A stretch of 64,000 bases of DNA, from NCBI GenBank assembly GCA_965205495.1, contig CBDBHA010000002.1, positions 2,723,260-2,787,259 of the forward strand, written 5' to 3'. This DNA comes from Dehalococcoidia bacterium. GTDB lineage: Bacteria > Chloroflexota > Dehalococcoidia > Lucifugimonadales > UBA3495. The notes under the pieces were generated by a model. It was not told the origin of the DNA, did not search any database, and saw only the letters and a program-made list of their open reading frames with translations. The position numbers and the translations under genes are program-made. Positions within the stretch are counted from its first letter, which is position 1; every line of letters starts with the position of its first letter. Positions 9,551 through 18,439 of the stretch are shown here, one piece after another.

Positions 9551-9559
9551 TGTTATACT
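9551..9559 (+). promoter_or_regulatory. extended -10 element TGTTATACT
   Basis: The 9-mer is identical to the one upstream of argJ (26951-26959). It lies 35 nt upstream of the TTG start at 9594, which has a GGAGG SD. Confidence 0.4.
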
Positions 9560-9593
9560 GCCTCAAAACCCAGCCAACCAACGGAGGTCCAGC

Positions 9594-10670
9594 TTGCTGC
9601 CACAGTTCCGAGTCAGCCAGGAAGACGCCATCAACGTTTCGGGGGACGACCTGAAGCACACGGTGGCCGGTATTTTCGAGAAGATGGGAGTCCCCGCCGA
9701 GGACGCCCTGGTGGGCGCCGACGCCCTGGTGTTGGCCGACCTCCGCGGCGTCGACAGCCACGGCGTTTCCAACATGCTGCGCAGCTACATCAACGGTTAC
9801 ACCAGCGGCCAGATTAACCCCCGCCCCCAAATGAGCATCGTCCGCGAGACTCCCGCCACCGCCAGCATGGACTCGGACCGGGGCCTGGGGGTCATCACCA
9901 CCCCCAAAGCTATGGAACTGGCCATCCGCAAAGCCCATGAAGTCGGCATCGGCATGGTCACCCTGGGCAACGCCCGCCACCTGGGGATGGCCTCCTACCA
10001 CGCCATGCTGGCCCTGGAACACGACATGATCGGGGTCTGCATGACCAGTTGCCCGCCCCGCACCCTGCCCACCTTCGGCGCCGAACCCCGCCTGGGCACC
10101 AACCCCATCGCGGTGGCCGTTCCCACCAAGAACGACCACCCCTTCGTCTTCGACGCCGCCACCAGCTCGGTGGCCCAGAACAAAATCGAAATCGCCCGCC
10201 GCCTGGGGGCCAAGCTGGAACCCGGCTGGCTCGCCACCGAGGACGGCACCCCCATCATGGAAGAGGTCGCCGTCCCCGAGACCTACCACCTGCTGCCCAT
10301 GGGCGCCACCCGGGAACTGGGCTCCCACAAGGGCTACGGCCTCTCCTGCGTGGTGGACATCCTGGCTGGAGTGCTGACGGGCTTCGGCTACGGCGCCGTG
10401 CCGGGACGCCCCAACTTCGGCCACTACGTCGCTGCCTACAACGTGGCCGGGTTCGACGACCCGGACCACTTCAAGGAAAGCATGGACGAGTGGATGCACA
10501 TGATGAAGACCACCCGCCCCGCCGAGGGCCACGAACGGGTCCTGGTGGCCGGACAGCCCGAAGCCGAGATGGAAGTCATCCGCCGGCGGGACGGCATCCC
10601 CCTGCACCCCGAGGTGGTCGACTACATCCAGGACACCTGCGGCGAGCTGGGAGTGGAGTGCCGGTTCTAA
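9594..10670 (+). CDS. Ldh_2 family (malate/L-lactate/ureidoglycolate-type) dehydrogenase
   Basis: 358 aa with LRGVDSHGVSNMLRSYINGY and GSHKGYGLS motifs. The long antisense ORF 9519..10709 is regarded as an artefact. Confidence 0.8.
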   Translation: MLPQFRVSQEDAINVSGDDLKHTVAGIFEKMGVPAEDALVGADALVLADLRGVDSHGVSNMLRSYINGYTSGQINPRPQMSIVRETPATASMDSDRGLGVITTPKAMELAIRKAHEVGIGMVTLGNARHLGMASYHAMLALEHDMIGVCMTSCPPRTLPTFGAEPRLGTNPIAVAVPTKNDHPFVFDAATSSVAQNKIEIARRLGAKLEPGWLATEDGTPIMEEVAVPETYHLLPMGATRELGSHKGYGLSCVVDILAGVLTGFGYGAVPGRPNFGHYVAAYNVAGFDDPDHFKESMDEWMHMMKTTRPAEGHERVLVAGQPEAEMEVIRRRDGIPLHPEVVDYIQDTCGELGVECRF

Positions 10671-10725
10671 AGGGATTGGGAGGGGGTCATCCTTGGACCA
10701 GGTTTGCAATTGCTAAGGCATTGAA

Positions 10726-11106
10726 TTGTTCAGGGACCACGAGTCAGCCTATTTAATAGCATCCGTTACCCTCGTGTGGCTCTTGACCGGCGCGGGGATC
10801 TGGTATGAGATTGATTACAAGGATATCGATTCTCCGGTAGAAACCGTTGCTGCGATTCTTGGATGGGTTAGTTCCGCGATTGCGGTAACGGTCTTGATTC
10901 TCGCCACGGTGGAGGTAGCCATGATATTTGCGGAAAGATACCGGGCCAGGCGTTTTGAAGAAGGCCGGAAAGAAGGCCGCGAAGAAGGCCGGAAGAATCA
11001 GAATGCGCTATGGAGCGCATGGCTCAAGCGTCGCGACGCGGCCCTCGCCAACAACGAGGAATTTAACGAGCCTCCGCCCTCGGCTGGGGAATCGCGGCAA
11101 TCATAA
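10726..11106 (+). CDS. small two-helix membrane protein, paralog of 167..550
   Basis: Two hydrophobic helices are followed by FAERYRARRFEEGRKEGREEGRK. The start codon is uncertain; TTG is taken from the track. Confidence 0.45.
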   Translation: MFRDHESAYLIASVTLVWLLTGAGIWYEIDYKDIDSPVETVAAILGWVSSAIAVTVLILATVEVAMIFAERYRARRFEEGRKEGREEGRKNQNALWSAWLKRRDAALANNEEFNEPPPSAGESRQS

Positions 11107-11122
11107 GCAGGATGAGCCGCAG
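10883..11122. repeat. direct repeat copy A' (3' part of 10726..11106 plus downstream)
   Basis: Aligns by eye with 11213..11487 at an offset of about 330 bp. Copy B' carries an approximately 35-nt expansion in the K/E-rich part. Confidence 0.8.
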
Positions 11123-11212
11123 CGGGAGCGACAGGGCGGCCCGGGTGAAACCGCCCACCGCGAACGGTGTGACCGGCCCCTAGCCCTTCTTCCCGAGCCT
11201 GTCGAAAGGCGG

Positions 11213-11487
11213 CGGCAACGGTCTTGATTCTCGCCACGGTGGAGGTAGCCATGATATTTGCGGAAAGGTACCGGGCCAGGCGTTTTGAAGAGGGCCGCAA
11301 GAAGGGCCTGGAAGAAGCACGGAAGGAGCTCCGGGAGGAAGGCCGGAAGGAAGGCGGAAGGAGCGGGATGCGCTATGGAGCGCATGGCTCAAGCGTCGCG
11401 ACGCGGCCCTCGCCAACAACGAGGAATTTAACGAGCCTCCGCCCTCGGCTGGGGAATCCCAGCAATCATAAGCAGGATGAGCCGCAG
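11213..11487. repeat. direct repeat copy B' (degenerate partial duplicate of the gene 3' end)
   Basis: It reads ...LILATVEVAMIFAERYRARRFEEGRKKG... and then goes out of frame relative to the parent tail. It accounts for the artefactual N-terminus of track ORF 11224..11853. Confidence 0.8.
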
Positions 11488-11547
11488 CAACCCCGAGTCA
11501 AAACTCCCACCGCCAACATTCACTACCAATACTCACGGAGGAAAGCA

Positions 11548-11853
11548 ATGGTCTACCAACTACGCATTTACACCATAAACCGGGGCATGATGGACTCTTG
11601 GCTCAAGGTTTTCAACGAGCACATCCGCCCGCTGCACGACCGCTTGGGAATTCCGGTCCAGAACTCCTGGGTCAACGCCGACCGCACCGAGTTCATCTGG
11701 GTCCGCCGCTTCAACAACTCCGACGAGATTCCGGTCAAAGAGGCCGAATTTTTCGCCTCGCCGGAGCGCACCGCTCTCGCCGACATCCCCACCAGCCACA
11801 TCGCCAAGATGGAAGTGCGGGTAATCGAGGGCGTCGAGGCCGCTGCGGCTTAG
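11548..11853 (+). CDS. NIPSNAP family protein
   Basis: MVYQLRIYTINRGMMDSWLKVFNEHIRPLH... The ATG at 11548 is preceded by GGAGGA. Confidence 0.75.
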   Translation: MVYQLRIYTINRGMMDSWLKVFNEHIRPLHDRLGIPVQNSWVNADRTEFIWVRRFNNSDEIPVKEAEFFASPERTALADIPTSHIAKMEVRVIEGVEAAAA

Positions 11854-11890
11854 ATTACCCCGGCGGGCGGAAGAACCCCTGGGTGAGAAA

Positions 11891-12367
11891 TTACCCGCGG
11901 TTGGCGTCCGGGGCGGGGGCAAAACGTTCCTGGTACCGCTCGGTGATGGCGGCCTCGGCCCGCTTGCTGTGCTCGGCAATGAACTGCTCCAGCCGCTTAA
12001 TCTCCCCCAGCGTCTCCTGGTCTTCCCCGTTGGAGACAATCTGGCGCTTGAGCCGGGACAGGTTGCTCTTGGCCTCATCCACCTGCTGCACCGACTCCAG
12101 GGCGGCCAGCTCGTCCAGGGCCGCCTGTTTCACCGTCAACAGCCTCCGATGAACCGAAAGGGCGTCGTTCAACCGCTCTTCAATCTCCCCCATGGCCGAC
12201 AATGATAGGTCCAGAGGAGTGCTGCCGTAGACCACCTGCCGGGGCAGCCGCCGCAACTGGGTGCGGAACTGGCTAATCATAGATTCCAGTTGCTGCTCTT
12301 TATTGCGAATTTCTGCCAGACTCAGGCGCAGAGTAGCCATCGTCTGCTGTAGCTGGGACATCGACAT
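11891..12367 (-). CDS. hypothetical coiled-coil protein
   Basis: 158-aa ORF with heptad-like, Q/E/L/R-rich composition. No family was recognised. Confidence 0.5.
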   Translation of the reverse strand: MSMSQLQQTMATLRLSLAEIRNKEQQLESMISQFRTQLRRLPRQVVYGSTPLDLSLSAMGEIEERLNDALSVHRRLLTVKQAALDELAALESVQQVDEAKSNLSRLKRQIVSNGEDQETLGEIKRLEQFIAEHSKRAEAAITERYQERFAPAPDANRG

Positions 12368-12414
12368 CAGCTATACCTCACCCCATCATCGTATGGTCTC
12401 TCGGTGGGCCCCAA

Positions 12415-12490
12415 CCCGCTCGTGGTGAGCTTGTCCGACCACCCTTGGCAAGCTGTCCGACCCTTCGTGGTGAGCCTGTCCAACCACAAC
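12415..12490. repeat. short tandem copies of the cgtggtgagc(c/t)tgtcc(g/a)accac repeat family
   Basis: Two to three copies are present. Related units occur at 41961-42228, 44106-44135 (inverted) and 59765-59785. Confidence 0.7.
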
Positions 12491-12501
12491 CGGTCTGCTC
12501 C

Positions 12502-13611
12502 TTAACCCGCGCTGAAACCCACCTGGGGCAGGACACGTTTCAGGGCCTCGATTACCTCTTCAATGTCTTCCCGGCTGACCCAACCCAGGTGGCCGATGCG
12601 GAAAATCTGGCCCACCAGCTTGCCCTGCCCCCCCGCCAAAACCACGTCTTCTTCGTTGCGCATCAGGCTCATCATGCGGGCACCGTCAATATTCTCCGGC
12701 ATCTTGATGGCGGTTACGGTGTCCGAGGCGCGGGCCGGATCGGCGCAGAAAAGCTCCAGCCCCAGATCCGTAACCGCCTCCCGGGTGTATTGGCCGATGT
12801 CGTGGTGGCGGGCGAAGATATTTTCGATTCCCTCGTCGGTCATCTTGTCCAGGGCCAGACGCAGTCCGTAGATGGCCGAAAGGTTGGGAGTCCAGGGCGT
12901 CTGGCCGCTCTCCAGGTAGTGCTTGGCCTCGCCGACATCGAAGTAGAACCGGGGCATGGTGGCAGTTTCGTGGGCCTGCCAGGCGTCCCCGCTCACGCTG
13001 ATGAAAGCCAGCCCCGGCGGGATCATGAACCCTTTTTGCGACGCGGTCCCCACCATGTCGCACTTCCAGCCGTCCACCGGCAGGGGCACGCAACCCAGGC
13101 TGCTCACCGCGTCCACCAGGATGAGCTTGCCGAACTCGTCTTTGACCACCCGGGCCATGTTCTCCAGGTCGTGGGTCACGCCGGTCGAGGTCTCGTTGTG
13201 GGTGATCATCACCGCCTTGATGTCCGGGTCCTGGTTCAACTCGCGGCGGATTAGGTCCGGGTCAATGGCCTCGCCCCACTCCACTTCGACGCGCTTAAGA
13301 TCGGCGTAGTAAGCGTCGGCGATGTCGCAGAAACGGTCGCCGAAGGCGCCGGCGGAGACGCCCAGCACCTTATCCCCGGGGGACAGCACGTTCACCAGCG
13401 CCGCCTCCAGCGAGCCGGTGCCCGAGGAGGTGAGGATGAAGGTGTCGTTTTGGGTCATAAAGACCTGCTTCAGCTTTTCGGTGGCCCCGGTAATCAGCTC
13501 CAGGAACTCCGGGCCCCGGTGGTTGATCATGGGTTCCCCCATGATTTCCACGATGTCCGGCGGTATCGGGGTGGGTCCTGGAGTCCGAAGGTTCTGCCTG
13601 GGGAATCTCAC
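12502..13611 (-). CDS. class V aminotransferase (alanine-glyoxylate/serine-pyruvate type)
   Basis: 369 aa with RTPGPTPIPPDI at the N-terminus and TASQKGFMIPPGLAF (PLP-lysine context). Confidence 0.85.
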   Translation of the reverse strand: MRFPRQNLRTPGPTPIPPDIVEIMGEPMINHRGPEFLELITGATEKLKQVFMTQNDTFILTSSGTGSLEAALVNVLSPGDKVLGVSAGAFGDRFCDIADAYYADLKRVEVEWGEAIDPDLIRRELNQDPDIKAVMITHNETSTGVTHDLENMARVVKDEFGKLILVDAVSSLGCVPLPVDGWKCDMVGTASQKGFMIPPGLAFISVSGDAWQAHETATMPRFYFDVGEAKHYLESGQTPWTPNLSAIYGLRLALDKMTDEGIENIFARHHDIGQYTREAVTDLGLELFCADPARASDTVTAIKMPENIDGARMMSLMRNEEDVVLAGGQGKLVGQIFRIGHLGWVSREDIEEVIEALKRVLPQVGFSAG

Positions 13612-13804
13612 GCTTCCTCCGGTTGGGAAGATTATCGGCTTATTGCAAACACGGCAAGATTATAGCACCTGGGGCAACCTGGGTCGGATAGCCTGTTTCT
13701 CGCAAAAACTAGCAGCGAATCTGGCGGCTTGGACTGGGTATAATGGCAATCCCCAACAAAATCTTGGGACCATGCCATCAAGAGAAAGGCATTAGGAGAG
13801 TACC

Positions 13805-14128
13805 GTGGCAAGATACATAGTGTTTTACATCGCCCCCGAATCGTGGGAAACCAAGGAAGGCGTGACGCCCGAAGACATGCAGAAGGGAATGGAAGCCTGG
13901 ATGGCCTGGGCCCAGCGCTGCGGCGACAGCCTGGTGGACATGGGCGGGCGTCTTGGCGGCGGGTCAACCATCACCAAGTCGGGTACCTCGCCCGGCGGCA
14001 CCAACGTCCGGGGTTATTCGTTCCTGGAAGCGGAGAGCCTGGAAGCCGCTCAAGCCCTCTTGACCGGCCATCCCCACCTGGACTGGGCGGAGGGCTACGA
14101 AATCGAAGTTCACGAGTCTCTGTCCTAG
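13805..14128 (+). CDS. small hypothetical protein, possibly YciI/DGPF-like alpha-beta barrel
   Basis: 107 aa with a GTG start after AGGAGAG, and TATAAT at 13739-13744. The fold assignment is only a guess based on size and the HPHL...EIEVHE ending. Confidence 0.4.
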   Translation: MARYIVFYIAPESWETKEGVTPEDMQKGMEAWMAWAQRCGDSLVDMGGRLGGGSTITKSGTSPGGTNVRGYSFLEAESLEAAQALLTGHPHLDWAEGYEIEVHESLS

Positions 14129-14478
14129 TACTCAGCATTCCTATGCCCGCGTTCCGGGCCGGGCCGGGGTAAGTAACTGCCGAGCCCGCTTTGCAGGTGT
14201 ATGCTCATGGCGAGGCGTGTCGTCCGGACGAAGGCCGAATTGACATTGGTGCGGGTTGCCCGGTACTCAGCATGGTCCGGGAGTCTTACGTCTGCATCAT
14301 TGGTGACGCCCCCACAGGGGCGCTCCCGTTTGGTAGAGTGTGTGATGTTATTGACTCCCTCCGGGTGACGCGCTGACACCGTAGTGGTGGAGGGAGTCAT
14401 GAGCACACGCAAGAGGACCGGGCTCGGCAGTTACTTACCCCTGCATGGCCCGGAACGCGGGCATAGGAATGCTGGTAC
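14128..14478. mobile_element. MITE-like element with about 61-bp terminal inverted repeats
   Basis: The left arm at 14128-14189 (gtactcagcattcctatgcccgcgttccgggcc...ggggtaagtaactgccgagcccg) matches the reverse complement of the right arm at 14418-14478, apart from a short central mismatch. Confidence 0.7.
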
Positions 14479-14907
14479 TAAACTAAAGCCAAGGTGAAAT
14501 GTACATATCGCTAGACCGCACTGTCGGTGGCGCCCAGTTGGGGCCGGGAGGTGATATGAGGAACCGTGGGATCCTTTCGGTCGTCTTCAAGGTCCCGGAA
14601 TGCACATCCCACCTTGGTATTGGGTTAGTACCGTTTCCAGTTAGATTTGTTGATATTGGAAGGCTGCCTCTAACTCTGGATTCCTGCTTGCGCGGGAATG
14701 ATTAACAGATATCCGATATAAGGCATATTCAAGTGGAAACGGTACTAAACCAAAGCCAAGGTGGGATGTACATTCGAGGGGCAATGAAGATTGGCTGAGT
14801 TGCGCCAGGGAAGCCCTCTCATCCGTGCTTGGAGAATGATCCGGCACCGCTGTTTGACCTCCACTATCTGCTATCTGCGCATTTCACCTTGGCTTTGGTT
14901 TAGGTTC
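14474..14907. repeat. four copies of a 24-39 bp motif in alternating orientation (+,-,+,-), about 130-bp spacing
   Basis: GGTACTAAAC(T/C)AAAGCCAAGGTG(A/G)(A/G)ATGTACAT occurs at 14474-14506 (+) and 14741-14773 (+). Inverted copies lie at 14600-14632 and 14881-14903. Confidence 0.8.
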
Positions 14908-15010
14908 AAGATTTTGCAGGCTATCGCTCACGCCCTGGGAATGGATACCCCGGAGTTGCTGATTCGATAGCTGCTGGGCGGTCGCAACGAAGTGGAATGG
15001 ACGCGAAAGT

Positions 15011-18000
15011 ATGGCAGAAGCTGGGAGAAAATCGTTGAGAGCCGTCGAGGACTACCTTGCCGACCTGCGCAAAATCCGCACGTCGGGCGGCGGCACCGCC
15101 GAAACGTCCTACTACCCGTCGCTTACCAACCTGCTGAACGCCGTGGGCGGCGCGCTGAAGCCCAAGGTGTTCTGCATCAACCAAGTGGCAGAGCAGGGCG
15201 CTGGACACCCGGACTTGGGCCTCTTCGCCGCCAACCAAGTGCAGAAAGGCCAACCCAAGTGGGGGCAGGGCCAGAAGCCGGAGTGCGGGGTGGTGGAGGT
15301 CAAGCCCGCCAGCGACGACGCCTGGCTCACCGCCGACAGCCCCCAGGTCAGCAGGTACTGGGGGCTGTACCGGCTGGTGCTGGTCACCAACACCCGCGAC
15401 TTCGTGCTGCTGGGCGAGGACGCGCAGGGCAACTCGGCCAAGCTGGAGACCTTCCGGCTGGCCGACTCCGCCGCCGACTTCGAGGCGAAGCTGCAACACC
15501 CCCGCGCCTTCGCCAACAGCACCGGCCCGGCGCTGGCCGAGTACCTGGGCCGCGCCCTGTCCCACCGGGCGACGCTGGCGGAACCCCGCGACCTGGCCCG
15601 GCTGCTGGCATCCTATGCCCGCGACGGCTTGGCCCGCGTTGAGGCCTCCGGTAACGCCCCTTCCCTCAACGCCGTGCGGTCGGCGCTGGAGGAGGCGTTG
15701 GGCGTCCGTTTCGAGGGCGAGCGTGGCGCGGCCTTCTTCCGCTCGACGCTGGTGCAGACCCTCTTCTACGGTGTCTTCTCCGCATGGGTGCTGTGGGCCC
15801 GGCAGACGCCGGCTCCGGCGGGGCCGTTCAACTGGCATGAAGCCGTCTGGCACCTGCGCGCCCCGGTGCTCCGGGCGCTGTTCCAGCAACTTTCCGACCC
15901 CGGACGCTTGCAGCCGCTGGGACTGGTCGAGGTTCTGGACTGGACGGCGGCGGCCCTGGACCGGGTGGACCGCGACAATTTCTTTGCCAAGTTCAACGAG
16001 GGCGAGGCTGTGCCATACTTCTACGAGCCGTTCCTAGAGGCCTTCGACCCGGCCCTGCGCAAGCAGCTTGGCGTCTGGTACACCCCCGCCGAGGTGGTGC
16101 GCTACATGGTGGCCCGCGTTGACCGCGCCCTCAAGGATGACCTGGGCATCGAGGACGGGCTGGCCGCGGAGAACGTTTACGTTCTCGACCCCTGCTGCGG
16201 CACCGGGGCCTACCTGGCCGAGACGCTGAAGCGGATCGCCGCCAACCTGCGGGGCAAGGGCCTGGGCGCCCTCACTGGGGCGCGAGTGAAGCAGGCCGCG
16301 ACGCAGCGGGTGTTCGGCTTCGAGATAATGCCCGCGCCCTTCGTGGTGGCCCACCTCCAGGTCGGGCTGACCATGCAGGCCCTGGACGCGCCCTTGTCCG
16401 AGGACGGCGGCGAGCGGGCCGGGGTGTTCCTGACCAACGCGCTGACCGGTTGGGAGCCGAGGACGCAGAAGCCGCTGCCCTTCCCGGAGCTGGAGGAGGA
16501 GCGGGACCGGGCTGAAAGGGTGAAGCAGGACACGCTGGTGCTGGTCATCCTCGGCAACCCTCCTTACAACGCCTTCGCTGGCGTAGCCATTGATGAGGAA
16601 CGGGAACTCTTCGAAGCCTATCGTCAAACTCACAAGGTTCAATTGCATGAAAGCAAGGGGTTGATTGACCTCTACATACGCTTTTTCCGCATGGCCGAGC
16701 GGCGCATCGCAGAGAAGACCGGGCGGGGCATCGTCTGCTTCATCTCCAACTACTCGTGGCTGGACGGACTGTCATTCGCGGGAATGCGTGAACGCTACCT
16801 CGAAGCCTTCGACGCCATCCGAATCGACTGTCTCAATGGAGACAAGTACAAGACGGGTAAGGTAACGCCAGACGGCAGGCCAGACCCCAGCATTTTCTCC
16901 ACGCCGGGTGACCCGGTAGGCATACAGGTGGGCACCGCCATCGCCACGCTGGTCAGGAAGGCCGACCACGCCCCCGCCGAATCCATAGGCTTCCTACACC
17001 TGTGGGGCCAAGCCAAACGCGAAGAACTAATGGCGACTGAAGAATCTGGACCATCAACCCTATATGACCACATATCCCCAAACTTGGCCTTGGGGTTGCC
17101 CTTCACGCCGATGGCAGTCAACCGGGAATGGAGCAACTGGCCGTCGCTGCCAGACCTGTTCCCCACCTCATTCGCAGGGGCAAAAACAAACCGGGACAGC
17201 TTCCTTGTAGACATTGATCTTGACCGGTTGAAGGCTAGGGTTGTTGATTATTTCAAAGTTGGCCTGGGCCACGATGAAATTGCCCGCCTGTATCCAGTGA
17301 TAATGAACACCCTGCGGCATTTTGATGCACGCTCAACTCGCGATGTCCTGCTGAAGCGTGGCGGCCCGACTGAAGCCGGATTCATAAAATTCGCTTTTCG
17401 GCCGTTTGACATTCGTTCGCTCTACTGGGAGGTAGACACCAAACTCTTGAACGATAAGAGGGCCGATTACAGATACCAGGTTTTTGCTGGAAACAGGAGC
17501 TTAGTGGCGCAACAGAAACCACGTAGGGAATGGTCGCCGCCGCAGGTCATTTCCAGCCTTGGTTGCCATGATCTCATTGACCGCGGCGCTACTTGCTTTC
17601 CTGCCTGGCTCCGCGACGATGGCTTGGCCCTTGACGGCGGCGGGGAGCGACGGCACCCCAACCTGTCGCCCGCCGCGCAAGGCTACCTCGACCGGCTGGG
17701 GCTGGGGGTAGAGGACCTGTTCCACCACGTGCTGGCGGTGCTGCACGACCCGGCCTACCGCGAGGCCAACGCCGGGGCGCTACGGATGGAGTGGCCCCGC
17801 ATCCCGCTGCCCGGCTGGCCGGACGGGGACGCCACTGGGGCTGCCGACGAGATGGCCGCCTCCGCCGCCCGCGGGCGTGAGCTGGCCCGGCTGCTGGACC
17901 CGGAGACGCCGGCGCCAGGCGTCACCGCCGGCGCGCTGCGCACTGAACTGGCGGCCATCGCTGTCCCAACCACCGCCGACGGACGGAACATGAGCGGCGG

Positions 18001-18361
18001 CGACTTCGCACTGACCGCCGGTTGGGGCCACTTCGGTGCCGGAGACGCCGTGATGCCGGGCCAGGGCCGCGCTGTGGAGCGCGACTACACCGCCGCCGAG
18101 CGCGAGACGATGGCCGCCGCCGCCAACGTTCTCGGCCATGCCACGGTCGATGTCCACCTGAACGGCAACGCCCACTGGAGGAACGTCCCTGCCGCCGTCT
18201 GGAACTACAAGCTGGGCGGCTACCAAGTGCTCAAGAAGTGGCTCTCCTACCGCGAGCACCGCGTATTGGGCCGCAACCTGCTGCCCGAGGAGGCGCAGCA
18301 CTTCACCGACACCGCCCGGCGCATCGCGGCGATTCTGCTGGCGGGGGCGGCTGGGCGCTAA
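15011..18361 (+). CDS. single-chain type IIG-like restriction-modification enzyme (PD-ExK nuclease + gamma N6-adenine MTase + C-terminal specificity domain)
   Basis: 1116 aa. Motifs are GHPDLGLF...GVVEVKP (PD-ExK), VLDPCCGTGAYL (motif I), ILGNPPYNAF (motif IV), and a C-terminal WNYKLGGYQVLKKWLSYRE typical of the type ISP/YeeA-like C-terminal domain. Confidence 0.85.
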   Translation: MAEAGRKSLRAVEDYLADLRKIRTSGGGTAETSYYPSLTNLLNAVGGALKPKVFCINQVAEQGAGHPDLGLFAANQVQKGQPKWGQGQKPECGVVEVKPASDDAWLTADSPQVSRYWGLYRLVLVTNTRDFVLLGEDAQGNSAKLETFRLADSAADFEAKLQHPRAFANSTGPALAEYLGRALSHRATLAEPRDLARLLASYARDGLARVEASGNAPSLNAVRSALEEALGVRFEGERGAAFFRSTLVQTLFYGVFSAWVLWARQTPAPAGPFNWHEAVWHLRAPVLRALFQQLSDPGRLQPLGLVEVLDWTAAALDRVDRDNFFAKFNEGEAVPYFYEPFLEAFDPALRKQLGVWYTPAEVVRYMVARVDRALKDDLGIEDGLAAENVYVLDPCCGTGAYLAETLKRIAANLRGKGLGALTGARVKQAATQRVFGFEIMPAPFVVAHLQVGLTMQALDAPLSEDGGERAGVFLTNALTGWEPRTQKPLPFPELEEERDRAERVKQDTLVLVILGNPPYNAFAGVAIDEERELFEAYRQTHKVQLHESKGLIDLYIRFFRMAERRIAEKTGRGIVCFISNYSWLDGLSFAGMRERYLEAFDAIRIDCLNGDKYKTGKVTPDGRPDPSIFSTPGDPVGIQVGTAIATLVRKADHAPAESIGFLHLWGQAKREELMATEESGPSTLYDHISPNLALGLPFTPMAVNREWSNWPSLPDLFPTSFAGAKTNRDSFLVDIDLDRLKARVVDYFKVGLGHDEIARLYPVIMNTLRHFDARSTRDVLLKRGGPTEAGFIKFAFRPFDIRSLYWEVDTKLLNDKRADYRYQVFAGNRSLVAQQKPRREWSPPQVISSLGCHDLIDRGATCFPAWLRDDGLALDGGGERRHPNLSPAAQGYLDRLGLGVEDLFHHVLAVLHDPAYREANAGALRMEWPRIPLPGWPDGDATGAADEMAASAARGRELARLLDPETPAPGVTAGALRTELAAIAVPTTADGRNMSGGDFALTAGWGHFGAGDAVMPGQGRAVERDYTAAERETMAAAANVLGHATVDVHLNGNAHWRNVPAAVWNYKLGGYQVLKKWLSYREHRVLGRNLLPEEAQHFTDTARRIAAILLAGAAGR

Positions 18362-18439
18362 TGGGACGGATTGGGCGTCCCGCATTTTGTGACCTGGGGC
18401 CGAGTTTTCAGCCCCAGAGTTAACCCGTCACCCAACCTT

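Noticed and set aside
9519-10709. Long antisense ORFs opposite well-supported genes: 9519..10709, 14921..15889, 19210..21264, 26796..28313, 32190..33560, 34085..35098, 36360..37526, 38301..39317, 40921..42057, 50126..51091, 55030..56430, 62136..62813.
   Set aside because: Each lies opposite a gene with clear family motifs. Their translations are Gly/Val/Asp/His/Pro-rich low-complexity sequences typical of the antisense frame of high-G+C coding DNA. No motifs or start-site signals were seen.
11224-11853. 209-aa ORF that appears to fuse a membrane-protein tail to the NIPSNAP protein.
   Set aside because: The N-terminal 108 codons are a degenerate duplicate of the 3' end of 10726..11106 that happens to be in frame. 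The NIPSNAP gene has its own GGAGGA-ATG start at 11548.
14190-14417. Possible retron msr/msd-like or DGR-like structured RNA, suggested by long inverted repeats flanking a 230-bp core.
   Set aside because: No reverse transcriptase gene is present anywhere in the window, and the repeat arms (about 61 bp) are much longer than retron a1/a2 repeats. A MITE is the simpler explanation.
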